IMG/VR virus record: IMGVR_UViG_3300032257_000013
Span: 1-60,251 of that record
Direction: 5' to 3' (one strand)
Length of the DNA: 60,251 bases
DNA from: a virus
Lineage: Duplodnaviria > Caudoviricetes
The position numbers were made by a program, and so were the translations under genes. Below are positions 46,453-56,170 of this stretch, piece by piece (the first letter of the stretch is position 1; each line of letters opens with the position of its first letter). The notes beneath the pieces were generated by a model. That model was given only the letters and a program-made list of their open reading frames with translations, was not told the origin of the DNA and did not search any database.

Positions 46453-47091
46453 TTAGATTAGGTGGGCTTTGACACGGTTTATTGTGTCTTCGGTCTTAAA
46501 GTCGGCACGGGCTTTAGCTTCAGCTTTATCTTTTGCTCGCTGAAACTTGTTGCCGTAATAAATTGATAGTTCGGTATTTGTCCATTTCTTACCAGGTGGC
46601 TCCATGAGAAAGAACCGGGCCCCATCGGCTATTGCATTATAATAATCATCGAAGAGGAAATCCGGCACTGTTGCTGCGGTGGGCGTTGGCTTCAATATCA
46701 TTGAAACGTTCATAGTCCCACCAGCATTAGGAAATGGAACAAGCCTTATCAACCCTTTCGATTCAACTTGGAAATATTTTGGGTCTTTACCTGTAAGGGT
46801 TTCCCAGTTATTAAGGTTTTGATCTAGCCAGGTCTTTGTGCGCTGGTAAATCTTTTTACCATTAACGGTAATTGGATCGTTTATTGTTTCAACTTGCGAA
46901 TCATCATCTGGCGTTAGATCGTAATCTTTAATGCCATCGACAGTCACAAGGTCTTCATCCCTGTAACGCCAATATTTTGTTTCTTCGCAGAAATCAATAC
47001 ATGCGCGTAATACAGCGCGCTCGATTAAAGAATTTGGAGCGCCCGGGACATCGGGCGCCACAAACTTAGTGAAGGCTGCTATCGCAGTCAT
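46453..47091 (-). CDS. Head-tail adaptor protein
   Basis: P.VPG.P.....A...ACIDFCE.T..W, I.DGA...L...P.K.W. Confidence 0.7.
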   Translation of the reverse strand: MTAIAAFTKFVAPDVPGAPNSLIERAVLRACIDFCEETKYWRYRDEDLVTVDGIKDYDLTPDDDSQVETINDPITVNGKKIYQRTKTWLDQNLNNWETLTGKDPKYFQVESKGLIRLVPFPNAGGTMNVSMILKPTPTAATVPDFLFDDYYNAIADGARFFLMEPPGKKWTNTELSIYYGNKFQRAKDKAEAKARADFKTEDTINRVKAHLI

Positions 47092-47561
47092 TACTGATAA
47101 AGACCTTGCTCGTTAGCAGACGCGATCATCTTGCGAATCATTGTCGGCGCCTTCATTGTCTTTTTGAGACTATCGAGGTTCAACATTTCGCCCGCAAACT
47201 CCACCAGCTCATCTTTGTCGTCCGCATCGTTAATACCAAAAGCAGTAACCGCATGCGCCGAAAGCTCATCATCAGTCCATTTATCAAGCGGCTTTTCATC
47301 GAAGCCGTCATCGTCGCTGCCACTGCCTTCAGGGCTTTCATTATTATTTTCGTTATCTTCGTCTTCCGGCTCTGGCTCGGCGCCAGGCAAGCAATACGAT
47401 TCTTTGATACCCAGAAAACGAGCAATATCATTTTTGTCCTTAACTTCGCAGACGTGCATACCGTCTTTGTCTGGTGTGAAGTGATAGTTTCGGGCTGATT
47501 TGCCCTTACCCATAGTGACGGACGTGCCGTTCACCCTTTCAATAGTGCATTGGATTAACAT
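47091..47561 (-). CDS. Hypothetical virion-morphogenesis protein
   Basis: IER..GT.V....YHF.P...HVCEV......FL.I.E.Y. Confidence 0.6.
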   Translation of the reverse strand: MLIQCTIERVNGTSVTMGKGKSARNYHFTPDKDGMHVCEVKDKNDIARFLGIKESYCLPGAEPEPEDEDNENNNESPEGSGSDDDGFDEKPLDKWTDDELSAHAVTAFGINDADDKDELVEFAGEMLNLDSLKKTMKAPTMIRKMIASANEQGLYQ

Positions 47562-47583
47562 TGTTATTCTCCTTCATCAAAAG

Positions 47584-47620
47584 AAATAAAGGGCCGCCGT
47601 ATGACGACCCCTTATTTTTT
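47584..47620. terminator. Intrinsic terminator
   Basis: AAATAAAGGG...CCCCTTATTTTTT imperfect inverted repeat. Confidence 0.55.
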
Positions 47621-47629
47621 GGCTACAAC

Positions 47630-48088
47630 TTAATCGTCGTAACCGGCAGCGCGGTAGCTCAGCGTAAAGCCGACCTTTCCGGTGACAGCACCAGTGGCCG
47701 GGGCCGCCGTTACCTTCAGACCGACAACTCGATCAGCCGCCGTAGCCGCCAATCGAACACCTGCTACAGCATCCATGCGAGCAACACCACCAGCCCGAGC
47801 AACCGTATTAGCCGCCACTAACTCAGCGACGGTGCCAGCAGTTAAGCCGCCAGTCAGTGAGATCAATGGAGTGCCGTTTGAATCAAGGTCGTCAGAATCG
47901 ATAACGCAGTCGACCGGCACATGCTCTGCCGGCAATTTGACCATTTCAAGGATGTCGTTAAGGGCTAAAGCCCCACCAACGTCAGCAGCAAGATCAATCT
48001 CGCCACGAACGGTTCTTACTTCTCCTGCCTGACAGGAATTAATAGCTGGACGGTATGACTGAACCGCCTTACTTTTATATGTAGCCAT
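47630..48088 (-). CDS. Capsid decoration/cement protein
   Basis: Ala-rich beta protein after MCP; LALNDILEMVKLPA...DDLD. Confidence 0.7.
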   Translation of the reverse strand: MATYKSKAVQSYRPAINSCQAGEVRTVRGEIDLAADVGGALALNDILEMVKLPAEHVPVDCVIDSDDLDSNGTPLISLTGGLTAGTVAELVAANTVARAGGVARMDAVAGVRLAATAADRVVGLKVTAAPATGAVTGKVGFTLSYRAAGYDD

Positions 48089-48130
48089 GAGTTAATTACC
48101 TCGTAAAAAATAAATGAATAGCCAGAAACA

Positions 48131-48156
48131 AATAAGGGACGCCGAAGCGCCCCTCA
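48131..48156 (-). terminator. Intrinsic terminator after MCP
   Basis: GGGGCGC-TTCG-GCGTCCC then TTATTTGTTT on minus strand. Confidence 0.7.
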
Positions 48157-48174
48157 ATTCATCACCTTGCCGGG

Positions 48175-49281
48175 TTAGTTTGGATCAGCAGCCGCCGTAT
48201 CAAGAGCAATAAGACCGAAATCCTTGCTGTTGAAAGTAGACTTCTTCACGCCGAAAATAGAGCCGGTTGTGATAACAGCTTGGTTGCCGTTATCGCGTGG
48301 CTCTTCATGCCAGTCAAAACGCAGACCAGTACCAGGCGAGCCAAAAGCACATACCGCAGCCTGCGCGCCCATAAACAGAGCACGACCAGCAGCAACATTG
48401 CTGCCAGCACCGTAATCACTAAAGCGAATGGCGCTCTTATGACTGTGCAGAACAACATTATTGTGCATACCGAGTGAGCCACGGAAAATAGGACTCTTGC
48501 GGCCTTCAGCCGTTGCAGCAGACTTTTGGATTTCCAACCAATCAGAAGATCCAGTTGCAGTACGCAGATCAAAAGCCTGAAATGGGTTCATGAGAAGAAC
48601 GAAATGCTCTTCACCATCGATCATAATAGGCTGAAGCTGTGGTGTTTCCTGAGTACCACCACCGATCATTGTTGCTTTGGTTGCCGCACGCTCAATGAGA
48701 TTGACGTTCATTTTGTCAGTTGCATCAAGAGAAGCCTTACTGGTTGCATTGCCGCCATACATTAAGTGAGCGGTATCAGGCGCAGTCAGCGAGTTATTGG
48801 CAAAACCTGAATACGATGTCGGGAACGTGTAATCGGTATTAATACCGCGCGCACCAGACAGGTACATGAAGAACAGCTCATCGAAAATACGACTCCACCA
48901 TTCAGCCTGACGTTTGCGAGCGACCTTACGCAGATCATGGATCGTGCGCTTGCGTGTCATCTTGCCGCCAGTGTTTACACCGCCACGCATCTGGTCAATG
49001 TAGACCTGATCCGTGTAAAACTTCAGATCTTCTTCCTGACCTTCGAGAACATCATCACCCTCAACCGGCTGCATCTTGAGCTGAACGGACAGATCGTAAG
49101 TGATCTGTTCACCCGCATCATTTTCAAGATGTGGAAGCATCTGAATCGGTGTTGAAGCCTCTGGGCCTTTACCCATAAACTTCTTGTTAAAGTATGAAAT
49201 TTTAGCTGTATCAACAGCCAGGAAAGCGGAATACTTCTTAACCGCCTTCGCGTCGTTTAAACCTACGATTGTACGTGCCAT
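48175..49281 (-). CDS. Major capsid protein, N4-gp56/DUF4043 type
   Basis: LEG.EE.L.FY.D...IDQ.R, MTRKRT.HDLR, GAQA...AFG, FNSKDFG..ALDTAA. Confidence 0.9.
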   Translation of the reverse strand: MARTIVGLNDAKAVKKYSAFLAVDTAKISYFNKKFMGKGPEASTPIQMLPHLENDAGEQITYDLSVQLKMQPVEGDDVLEGQEEDLKFYTDQVYIDQMRGGVNTGGKMTRKRTIHDLRKVARKRQAEWWSRIFDELFFMYLSGARGINTDYTFPTSYSGFANNSLTAPDTAHLMYGGNATSKASLDATDKMNVNLIERAATKATMIGGGTQETPQLQPIMIDGEEHFVLLMNPFQAFDLRTATGSSDWLEIQKSAATAEGRKSPIFRGSLGMHNNVVLHSHKSAIRFSDYGAGSNVAAGRALFMGAQAAVCAFGSPGTGLRFDWHEEPRDNGNQAVITTGSIFGVKKSTFNSKDFGLIALDTAAADPN

Positions 49282-49360
49282 GAGTGCACACCTCTTTAGT
49301 TAATTAACATTGGTGCGGCACTCATGCGCCTTAATTTGTGACAGCACTCTTGCGCTGTCA
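49279..49360 (-). promoter_or_regulatory. Candidate translational switch in the MCP leader
   Basis: Hairpins 49339-49360 and 49317-49330 share GCGC-ANGA-GTGC; 49318-49326 is the exact complement of 49279-49287 (includes MCP ATG). Confidence 0.6.
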
Positions 49361-49369
49361 TATCTAAAA

Positions 49370-49555
49370 TTACAATTTATTCAGCTTACGCTTGATCTGT
49401 GAAGATCCTCCCTTGAGCTGATTGACCTGAATGGATGGGTCGGCGTCAACGCGCACAGTGGCGCGTCTACCGCTTTTTTCTTGGAACGTCACCTGAACTT
49501 TGCCCTTATCAATATCCAGGACATCACCCATCTCCATTTGAACAAATAAAGCCAT
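49370..49555 (-). CDS. Divergent CsrA/RsmA-fold protein, 61 aa
   Basis: Residue pattern GD.L.I...V.VT.....G....V.V.A...I.V aligns with CsrA GE.L.IG.EV.VTV...G.QV.IGV.AP..V.V. Confidence 0.6.
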   Translation of the reverse strand: MALFVQMEMGDVLDIDKGKVQVTFQEKSGRRATVRVDADPSIQVNQLKGGSSQIKRKLNKL

Positions 49556-49558
49556 TGA

Positions 49559-50506
49559 TTATCCTGCGGCGTACCGTTCTGCTTGGTCGGGAGTCATCCT
49601 AGAAATAGCTTCTTCGAGCTCCATCCCTTCTAGCTTGTCGATAGCTGCGAACTCACCACCGCTATCAACGCCACTGGTATCTGCCGCCGGTAATCCACCC
49701 AAGGTTTTAGGTATATCAACAACCTTTCTGCCTTTGTCCGGCTTGGTAGGTTCGCCGGTATCGCCATCCTTAAGGTCCGGCACCGCAAACTCCGCTTTAT
49801 AACGTTTGTCTGCTTCACTCAATACAGAAAGCCCGTCTTTATTGGCAAACTCATCATTCGACAACACGTCAGAAACAATCTGACCAAATGCCGCATACTT
49901 AGCGGACGAGTCTTTGTAATGGTTGTTGGTTTTAAAAAATTGATCCTGCTCCCAAGTCCAGCGTTGCTCAGCAATGTCTGCGTTGCTTTGCTCTGCAAAC
50001 TCAGCCTGCTTTTTGAGAATATTCAGGTCACTACGCTGATTATTGAGCGCAGCCAGCTTGTCATGGTATTCATTAAGCTCAAGCTCTTCATCCGCCAGAT
50101 CAACCCCAAGAACTTTTATCTGCTCGTCAATGCTGGTTATTTGAGCATCAACATCTTCAGGCTTGCTAGTGTTTAGCTTTGGTGTAAAGTCTGGCGTACT
50201 GCCCGCTTCATCGGCGCTCTGAACATTCCCGTCATCATCAGTGCCTGCATCGGCATTAACATCGGCGTCGGCAGCTTTAGCCGCTTCACCACCAGCATCA
50301 AGGTCGTCATTACCGGCCTTATCATCGTCGCTGTTAGTAGCTTCGGCAGACTCGCCAACATCAGCATTAACATCGTCGCCAGCCTTGTCATCTTCAGACA
50401 ACTCATTGTTTTCATCGTCAACACCATTAACCTCGTCGTCATCATTAAGCGCGGCTAATTCTTCTTCGGTCAAACCTTCCTTATCATCATCGGTAATACC
50501 TGACAT
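49559..50506 (-). CDS. Scaffolding protein
   Basis: Very acidic N-terminus, coiled coil, PKTL..LPAAD C-terminus; between portal and MCP. Confidence 0.75.
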   Translation of the reverse strand: MSGITDDDKEGLTEEELAALNDDDEVNGVDDENNELSEDDKAGDDVNADVGESAEATNSDDDKAGNDDLDAGGEAAKAADADVNADAGTDDDGNVQSADEAGSTPDFTPKLNTSKPEDVDAQITSIDEQIKVLGVDLADEELELNEYHDKLAALNNQRSDLNILKKQAEFAEQSNADIAEQRWTWEQDQFFKTNNHYKDSSAKYAAFGQIVSDVLSNDEFANKDGLSVLSEADKRYKAEFAVPDLKDGDTGEPTKPDKGRKVVDIPKTLGGLPAADTSGVDSGGEFAAIDKLEGMELEEAISRMTPDQAERYAAG

Positions 50507-52686
50507 TACGTTTCCCCTTCTTCGTTTGTTACTGAATCGATCAAACTATCTGCAACAGCACCGATTTCCGGAACTGCGGCAACTTGGTAAGCGGCATCAA
50601 CCGCAGCACCATACGTTTCAACTTTTGTTTTATCAGCGCTTGCTTCTTTGCTTGCCGCATTCGCATTGGTATCGCGTACCTTCGCGGCCTGCTCGTCCAT
50701 AGCAAGCTGTGTTTGCTCATCCTGTAGCGCCTGCTCTTTCTCGGCAGCTTCTTGCTCAGCTGCCTTCTTCTGCTCAAGCTCAGCTTTTTTCTCGGGATCA
50801 TTGCCGGCATCAGGGTCAGACATGCCGTTAATTTCACGGATACGCTTAACCATTTCGTCCTTGCCTTCCACGTCGCTCATATCAACAACAAGATCAAGCA
50901 GCTTCAGTGCGACTTCAGGCATAGTCTGGGAAAGTTTTGCAACCATGTCGGATAACTGCTCGAACATTGCGACGCGAATGGACTCACGATAATCCTGCTC
51001 ACCGACAATATAATCAGCCTGAGATTTAGTGATATCGCTTTCGGGATCATCCGGGCTATTTACATCAACAAAATCAAGCTCGCCACGGTCGCCGGTAAGA
51101 CGGATAACCTTCTGTTTGGTATAAAACTGCTCTATCAAACTGAGTTTTGTTTCACCAGAAAGCTGTGTAGCAAAGCGGAGGTTATCAAACAGCTCTGCCG
51201 TTACGACACTGCCCTGATTTGCTCGAGCATTAATGGCTTTGCCGCTGGACGCATTGGTTTCCTGTCCAAGATTTTCAGCCGTAACACCTGAAACAGAACG
51301 GATATACTCACCATCTTGCGTACTAAGCATGACGTGCTCTTCTGCGAGCGCTTTGTCATTTCTTATTTCAAACTTATGACCTTTTTTATATTCAAGAATG
51401 CCCGCAGGGTCGGCAGCTTCTTCGCGCAAATTCTCTTTGTCTTCAACCGCGCCCTTTTCCATAATCACCTGGTTGGTACTCAGGATGAAAAGAGCCTTTG
51501 AACGTCGCTTGTTTAAATCATCTTGAGGGTCACGGCATGGTCGGATAACACCATACGGCGCGTTATCTCTTGCTCGTCGATAGGCCCAGACAGGCGTAAA
51601 AGGAAAACGGTTATGTTTATACGGTGATTCCATGTTTTGCAGTAACGATCCTTTAACAAAGATCGCGCAAAACACTTTCATTTTCACTGCGTCATAAACA
51701 CTTGCATAACCATCATCAATGGCCGACTTCATAAACTCGTGTTCTTTATCGTACTCTTGGCCGTTGATATCATCATAGTCCTGGCCAAGATCTTCGTAGT
51801 CCAGGCGAACGACCTTGCAGGGGCATGGCATGCGATACCAGCCTTCGTACAGTTTTACACGTGATCGACGGTTATTGACCAGCGAATTGATATCATCGAC
51901 AGTCGACGTGCGGCTAATTGGCCGGCCCTGGCTGTCAGTTTCGTAGTACAGGGACGCTTCATAGAAAAATTCGTCGTCATCGGTTGGAACTAGGTTGCTG
52001 CCAACGCTTGCAGCTTCAAGTATTGCTATACGATCCGGGAACATCGCTTTCGCAATATCCAGATCAAGCCATTTCTGTCTAAACAGGAAACGACTATCGG
52101 ACAAATCACGCTCAACGCCTAAATGGTCATACCAAACGTTGCGCCAATTCTCGTATCGGTCAAATAATGGCTCGCTTTCACCGTCGTCACGAATACCGTC
52201 CTCAATCCAGCCAAGCCCGGCCTTAACTGCGTCAGCGAAAGCTCGCGACCGTGCAAATTTTGTCTTATTAACATCTGACAGATACTTAACCAGCTTTGTT
52301 TTGGTCTGGGCCGCCTTAACATCGTCTTCAGTGCGGGGAAGAATAGCCCCATCGATTCGGGTGCGCTTCTCGGTGCCTAAGATCCAGTTAATTGCTGGCT
52401 TGATTTCATTAAATACCAGTGGCGCCTGGCCACGACTTTCAAGCTCTGCCTTATCTGAATCATCCCATTGCAGGTTATCGTAGTAATCTTCATCGATCGC
52501 CATTTCAATGCGGTTCGATGATTGAACAATCCGGGCCTGCTCCAGCCAATCCTCAAGCTGATTTAGCCGCTCTTTGTTTTCAAATGAATCTAGGTCATGT
52601 GCTTTTGGCTCTGCAGACTCTTTACCGTCATCGTAAGCATCAAGCGGGTCATGCTCGCGCTTTGTCTGGATATTCTCGAAAGACAT
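50506..52686 (-). CDS. Portal protein (P22-like)
   Basis: D.DYYD..QW, N.IKP.INWILG.E, FPF.P.W, RDPQ.DLNKRRSK, SGKAI.AR. Confidence 0.9.
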   Translation of the reverse strand: MSFENIQTKREHDPLDAYDDGKESAEPKAHDLDSFENKERLNQLEDWLEQARIVQSSNRIEMAIDEDYYDNLQWDDSDKAELESRGQAPLVFNEIKPAINWILGTEKRTRIDGAILPRTEDDVKAAQTKTKLVKYLSDVNKTKFARSRAFADAVKAGLGWIEDGIRDDGESEPLFDRYENWRNVWYDHLGVERDLSDSRFLFRQKWLDLDIAKAMFPDRIAILEAASVGSNLVPTDDDEFFYEASLYYETDSQGRPISRTSTVDDINSLVNNRRSRVKLYEGWYRMPCPCKVVRLDYEDLGQDYDDINGQEYDKEHEFMKSAIDDGYASVYDAVKMKVFCAIFVKGSLLQNMESPYKHNRFPFTPVWAYRRARDNAPYGVIRPCRDPQDDLNKRRSKALFILSTNQVIMEKGAVEDKENLREEAADPAGILEYKKGHKFEIRNDKALAEEHVMLSTQDGEYIRSVSGVTAENLGQETNASSGKAINARANQGSVVTAELFDNLRFATQLSGETKLSLIEQFYTKQKVIRLTGDRGELDFVDVNSPDDPESDITKSQADYIVGEQDYRESIRVAMFEQLSDMVAKLSQTMPEVALKLLDLVVDMSDVEGKDEMVKRIREINGMSDPDAGNDPEKKAELEQKKAAEQEAAEKEQALQDEQTQLAMDEQAAKVRDTNANAASKEASADKTKVETYGAAVDAAYQVAAVPEIGAVADSLIDSVTNEEGET

Positions 52687-53096
52687 CAGTGCTCAACCTC
52701 AAAACTCTTGCCATTGATACCGATAACCGCACTGCCGCCACCACTGTGACGCCGTGCTCGGATTTCCATTTGCTCAAGTGCTTCAGGGGGCATATTTACC
52801 AATCCGTCAATGCCATTAATAATCATGTCAGCAATAGGCATGACATCGAACTTTGAATTAGAATCAAGACCAAGCACCTTGGCTGCAAGCTGTGCCTGGT
52901 GCATAAGGAAGTGGTCATCGGTGTATCGATGCAACCCAGACAAGCAAATAACAAACGCACAGCCTTTGCCGAACGACCTGCGCGCAAGTATCAACGCGGG
53001 CTCAGCACTGTCCGGATCATTCTTATCAGTCTGTATATGCTGATAGAACGAATGAATACCGTTATTTGTTTTTGGCGCTGCCATTGAACCCATCAA
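52686..53096 (-). CDS. Hypothetical protein upstream of portal
   Basis: EPAL.L, I.D.I..GI..LV.MPP pattern; coupled to portal. Confidence 0.6.
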   Translation of the reverse strand: MMGSMAAPKTNNGIHSFYQHIQTDKNDPDSAEPALILARRSFGKGCAFVICLSGLHRYTDDHFLMHQAQLAAKVLGLDSNSKFDVMPIADMIINGIDGLVNMPPEALEQMEIRARRHSGGGSAVIGINGKSFEVEH

Positions 53097-53108
53097 ATAA
53101 CTCCCAAT

Positions 53109-53156
53109 AAAAAGCCCGCTCAGTGGCGGGCATAAAAAAACCGGCTAAATGCCGGT
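53109..53156 (-). terminator. Tandem intrinsic terminators
   Basis: CCGGC-loop-GCCGG-T7 and GCCCGC-loop-GCGGGC-T5 on minus strand. Confidence 0.7.
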
Positions 53157-53185
53157 CATGCTTTTGTTTGAATAGCTAAACTCGC

Positions 53186-53497
53186 TCAGGTTCCAACAGT
53201 CTCATCAGTTCCATCCCAAACAAATTCGATTAATGGAAAATGCGCACCGCATCCAACGCAAAAGGTGCCATTGTAGAATTTTGGATCACGCGCATAAGTT
53301 TCTGCGATAGTCCTGCTCATGATAGTTACTGCGCCGCATTTGTTATGCACATAACTTGACCTTAGTGGCCGAACAAAACCTTTCGCTCTTTCTTCCTCGG
53401 AAAGAACCACGTACCCTTTTTGCATGCCTGTTTTTTCGTTGATATCGCGATGGTCATCAGTAACAGGCGAACCATCTGATAATGTAGTATTTTTCAT
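53186..53497 (-). CDS. Conserved-type Zn-binding phage protein
   Basis: GFVRP.R.SY.H.KCG..T.M...AETYARDP.FY..TFC..C..H. Confidence 0.65.
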   Translation of the reverse strand: MKNTTLSDGSPVTDDHRDINEKTGMQKGYVVLSEEERAKGFVRPLRSSYVHNKCGAVTIMSRTIAETYARDPKFYNGTFCVGCGAHFPLIEFVWDGTDETVGT

Positions 53498-53505
53498 TGC
53501 TTCTC

Positions 53506-55044
53506 CTAGCTGGTTTTCCAGCCTCGTCGACTAGCACGTTTCGGCTTTATCCTGATCGGCTCATCGTAACCTTGCGCGAATTGCCTAAAAGCATCCGCGC
53601 CATTCCTTGCATCATTCTTAACAGGCGAATCTTGATATGATTGAACTTGGGTGTTCCATTTCTTTTGGTACTGCTCAAGCCGCTTAAGCCCTAGCTCGCA
53701 TTCTTCAGAATCAAACCAGCATGTCGGGAATACCCGACGAACAGCGTCAATACCCTCAGCAAGAACCTCGATGCGTGGCACCTTAATGATCGGCTTGACG
53801 CCAAGGTCTTCAAGCACATCCTGACGAGACTTGTCATCAACTTGGCACAACTCAGTAACCTCAACATCATGAGGAAGGTAATGTTCACCAAAAGCGATGT
53901 CGTGCTCATTTTTATAATCTAAAAGCCATTTTGCGTAGTGGCTTAAATCTCTACCTGAGTTTTCGTAATAGCCAATAAATCTATTCTCAATCCCGATACG
54001 CTGGTGCAACCAGATAGCATTCGCATCATTGCGCCCAAGATCCCAGAAAGTATTAACCAACACGCTTGGGACAATCGGAACCTTGCACACCCGGCCTTCT
54101 TTCCGTGTTTTGGATAGCTCTTTGGAGTAATACGAGCCTTCGCGACTGGCTGCAAACGCTTCTTCAGGGGTTGAGGGGTGTTCCTGATTCATTTTATCGC
54201 CCTGATCCTCATCCTTTTTGGTGTACCATGCGCGCTGCCCAGGTGTCAGCGTTACATCCATTTGATCCTCAATGCCGTCAAGATAGTCCTTCATCTTGGC
54301 TGTAATAGTAACCAGCCTTGCATCATGTGCACTCAGCGTATTCTTTGGATCGTGATACCAAGCGAAAAAGAAAAAGCGGTAATCCATGCGTGTAAGCTCG
54401 GATTTTCCAGCCTTTACCATCTGATCAAGCTTCATTGCCCGCTGCGATCGGTCGAAAAAATCACCTTCACGGCCATACGCCGTAGATTCAACGGTAACAA
54501 TTCCGCCCTCATGAACCGTATTCAAAGCGCCGGCTTTAACCTCAGCCGCTCGCTGCGGATACAGTGCACACATCGGGCCATACTCAGAAATATGCAAATA
54601 TTGAAATGTTCCGCCTCGATGAGACACGGACACTTCGATGATTGAACCGTTATCAAGCTCAAGCGTGCCATTCATGTCTCTACGGACAATGCCCGCCAAA
54701 CTTTTAACGTAGGGGTCAAGCTTGTCGTAGGCATACAAAACTTTATCCCGGAAGAACTTTCCAGCATCTTCTCTGGTATGAGCAACAATACCGATACGCG
54801 ATCCAGCTTTGAAAATCGCCATATCTAGCCCACGAATACAAGCAAACGTGGTTATGCCATGCTGTCTACTCTTAAGAACAATATTCAACCACCACATAAA
54901 GCGGTCAAATTGACGCTGAACAGCGTTAGGCGTAAAAATTACCTTCTTGCCCTTTTCGTTCTGTATCCAATAAAGGTTACTAAGACGCCATTCCCGACTG
55001 GTTAGGTTCCTGTCGAGCTCATCCTGCTCTTGTTGATCCGTCAA
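53506..55044 (-). CDS. terL: Terminase large subunit
   Basis: LKSRQHGITT Walker A, LHISE Walker B, ESTA, WDLG..D nuclease, ADAFR. Confidence 0.93.
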   Translation of the reverse strand: MTDQQEQDELDRNLTSREWRLSNLYWIQNEKGKKVIFTPNAVQRQFDRFMWWLNIVLKSRQHGITTFACIRGLDMAIFKAGSRIGIVAHTREDAGKFFRDKVLYAYDKLDPYVKSLAGIVRRDMNGTLELDNGSIIEVSVSHRGGTFQYLHISEYGPMCALYPQRAAEVKAGALNTVHEGGIVTVESTAYGREGDFFDRSQRAMKLDQMVKAGKSELTRMDYRFFFFAWYHDPKNTLSAHDARLVTITAKMKDYLDGIEDQMDVTLTPGQRAWYTKKDEDQGDKMNQEHPSTPEEAFAASREGSYYSKELSKTRKEGRVCKVPIVPSVLVNTFWDLGRNDANAIWLHQRIGIENRFIGYYENSGRDLSHYAKWLLDYKNEHDIAFGEHYLPHDVEVTELCQVDDKSRQDVLEDLGVKPIIKVPRIEVLAEGIDAVRRVFPTCWFDSEECELGLKRLEQYQKKWNTQVQSYQDSPVKNDARNGADAFRQFAQGYDEPIRIKPKRASRRGWKTS

Positions 55045-55601
55045 ACTCCACCCGGAGCGGTATCATGTTCTTTTGCTAACCGGGCTAATGTACGTTTTGG
55101 GCCAAGATTTAATTCAGCGCCATCTTTCCCGGTGAGCTCAGTCTTATCGGTTAACATTTTCAAGTGCCGCATACACAATTCAAGCGACGCTTTCTTATCT
55201 ACGTGCTTGATTTTGCTAGTCACAGTAATTTCGTTGCCACCAACCGTTGACACTTCAAAGCCAGACAATGCTCTAGCAACATCTTCCGGTAATTGGTGAA
55301 TAGGTATTAACTGGCCACTCTCATTATAAAACTGACGTGGATCAAGGAACGCCAAGCATGCTAGCTCTTGTAATACCCGGTCTGCTGTTATTTCAATTCT
55401 TTCACATCGCTTGTCCATTGCTTCCTGTATGGCATCAGCGATCAAAGGTTTTAACAGGTTTTCACTTCCTGTCTGTTGTGCTGTCTTTTTACTATACCCA
55501 GCATCAATAGCCGCCTTTGTGGCGTTTAGACTTACAAGGTATTCAGCAACAAATAGTCTTTGCTTTTGGGTTAGCTTTTTTTCTTTCTTCTTCACAGCCA
55601 T
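55041..55601 (-). CDS. terS: Terminase small subunit
   Basis: LT.KQ..F..EYL..LNAT.AAI.AGYS.KTA. Confidence 0.92.
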   Translation of the reverse strand: MAVKKKEKKLTQKQRLFVAEYLVSLNATKAAIDAGYSKKTAQQTGSENLLKPLIADAIQEAMDKRCERIEITADRVLQELACLAFLDPRQFYNESGQLIPIHQLPEDVARALSGFEVSTVGGNEITVTSKIKHVDKKASLELCMRHLKMLTDKTELTGKDGAELNLGPKRTLARLAKEHDTAPGGV

Positions 55602-55604
55602 ACG

Positions 55605-55892
55605 TCACGGCCTTCCCGGCTTCCATTCAGTGCCGGCTATCTCGGTAATAGGATAGTTTGTACCCCATCCAGCCAAGCTTGATACCTTACCGCTAAGCTC
55701 AGAGATGTCCGCTACCAATTCAGAATTAGAGATTGAATCGCGCCTTTCACTGGATATGTCATTAAAATACTCTGCAGACTCGCCTATCTCTTGCGACCAA
55801 CTGTGTATATTGCGCAGCATTACCGGCCCGTACCAAAATAACCGGAAGCGAACCTTTAATAACTGCGCTTCATACCTTAGCCGGGCAAGCAT
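55605..55892 (-). CDS. Hypothetical protein
   Basis: TAATG-coupled ORF. Confidence 0.45.
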   Translation of the reverse strand: MLARLRYEAQLLKVRFRLFWYGPVMLRNIHSWSQEIGESAEYFNDISSERRDSISNSELVADISELSGKVSSLAGWGTNYPITEIAGTEWKPGRP

Positions 55893-56170
55893 TAGAGGTT
55901 TTGCCCTGCATCCGGCAAGATGTCATACGTCTTGTCGAATATCTCAGCGTCACACGGGTACATTTCACCGCTAACACCTTCCATTAACCAATCACCAGCC
56001 TTTCCGCTCATTGTTCCTTCAAGCGTTTCAACTTGAAACGGCTCGCACATCTGAATAGCTTTAACCGGTATAGGCTTTTTCATCACTGGCGTTAAACGAA
56101 GTAAAACTGGCCCATTAATTGGACATAAAACATCGTAACCGCCAAAGCTGCTTTGTTTAACGGTAATCAT
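55892..56170 (-). CDS. PGDYG-like small protein
   Basis: KKPIPV.A.Q...TLEG.M....GDW...GV.GE.YPC...IF.KTY. Confidence 0.7.
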   Translation of the reverse strand: MITVKQSSFGGYDVLCPINGPVLLRLTPVMKKPIPVKAIQMCEPFQVETLEGTMSGKAGDWLMEGVSGEMYPCDAEIFDKTYDILPDAGQNL

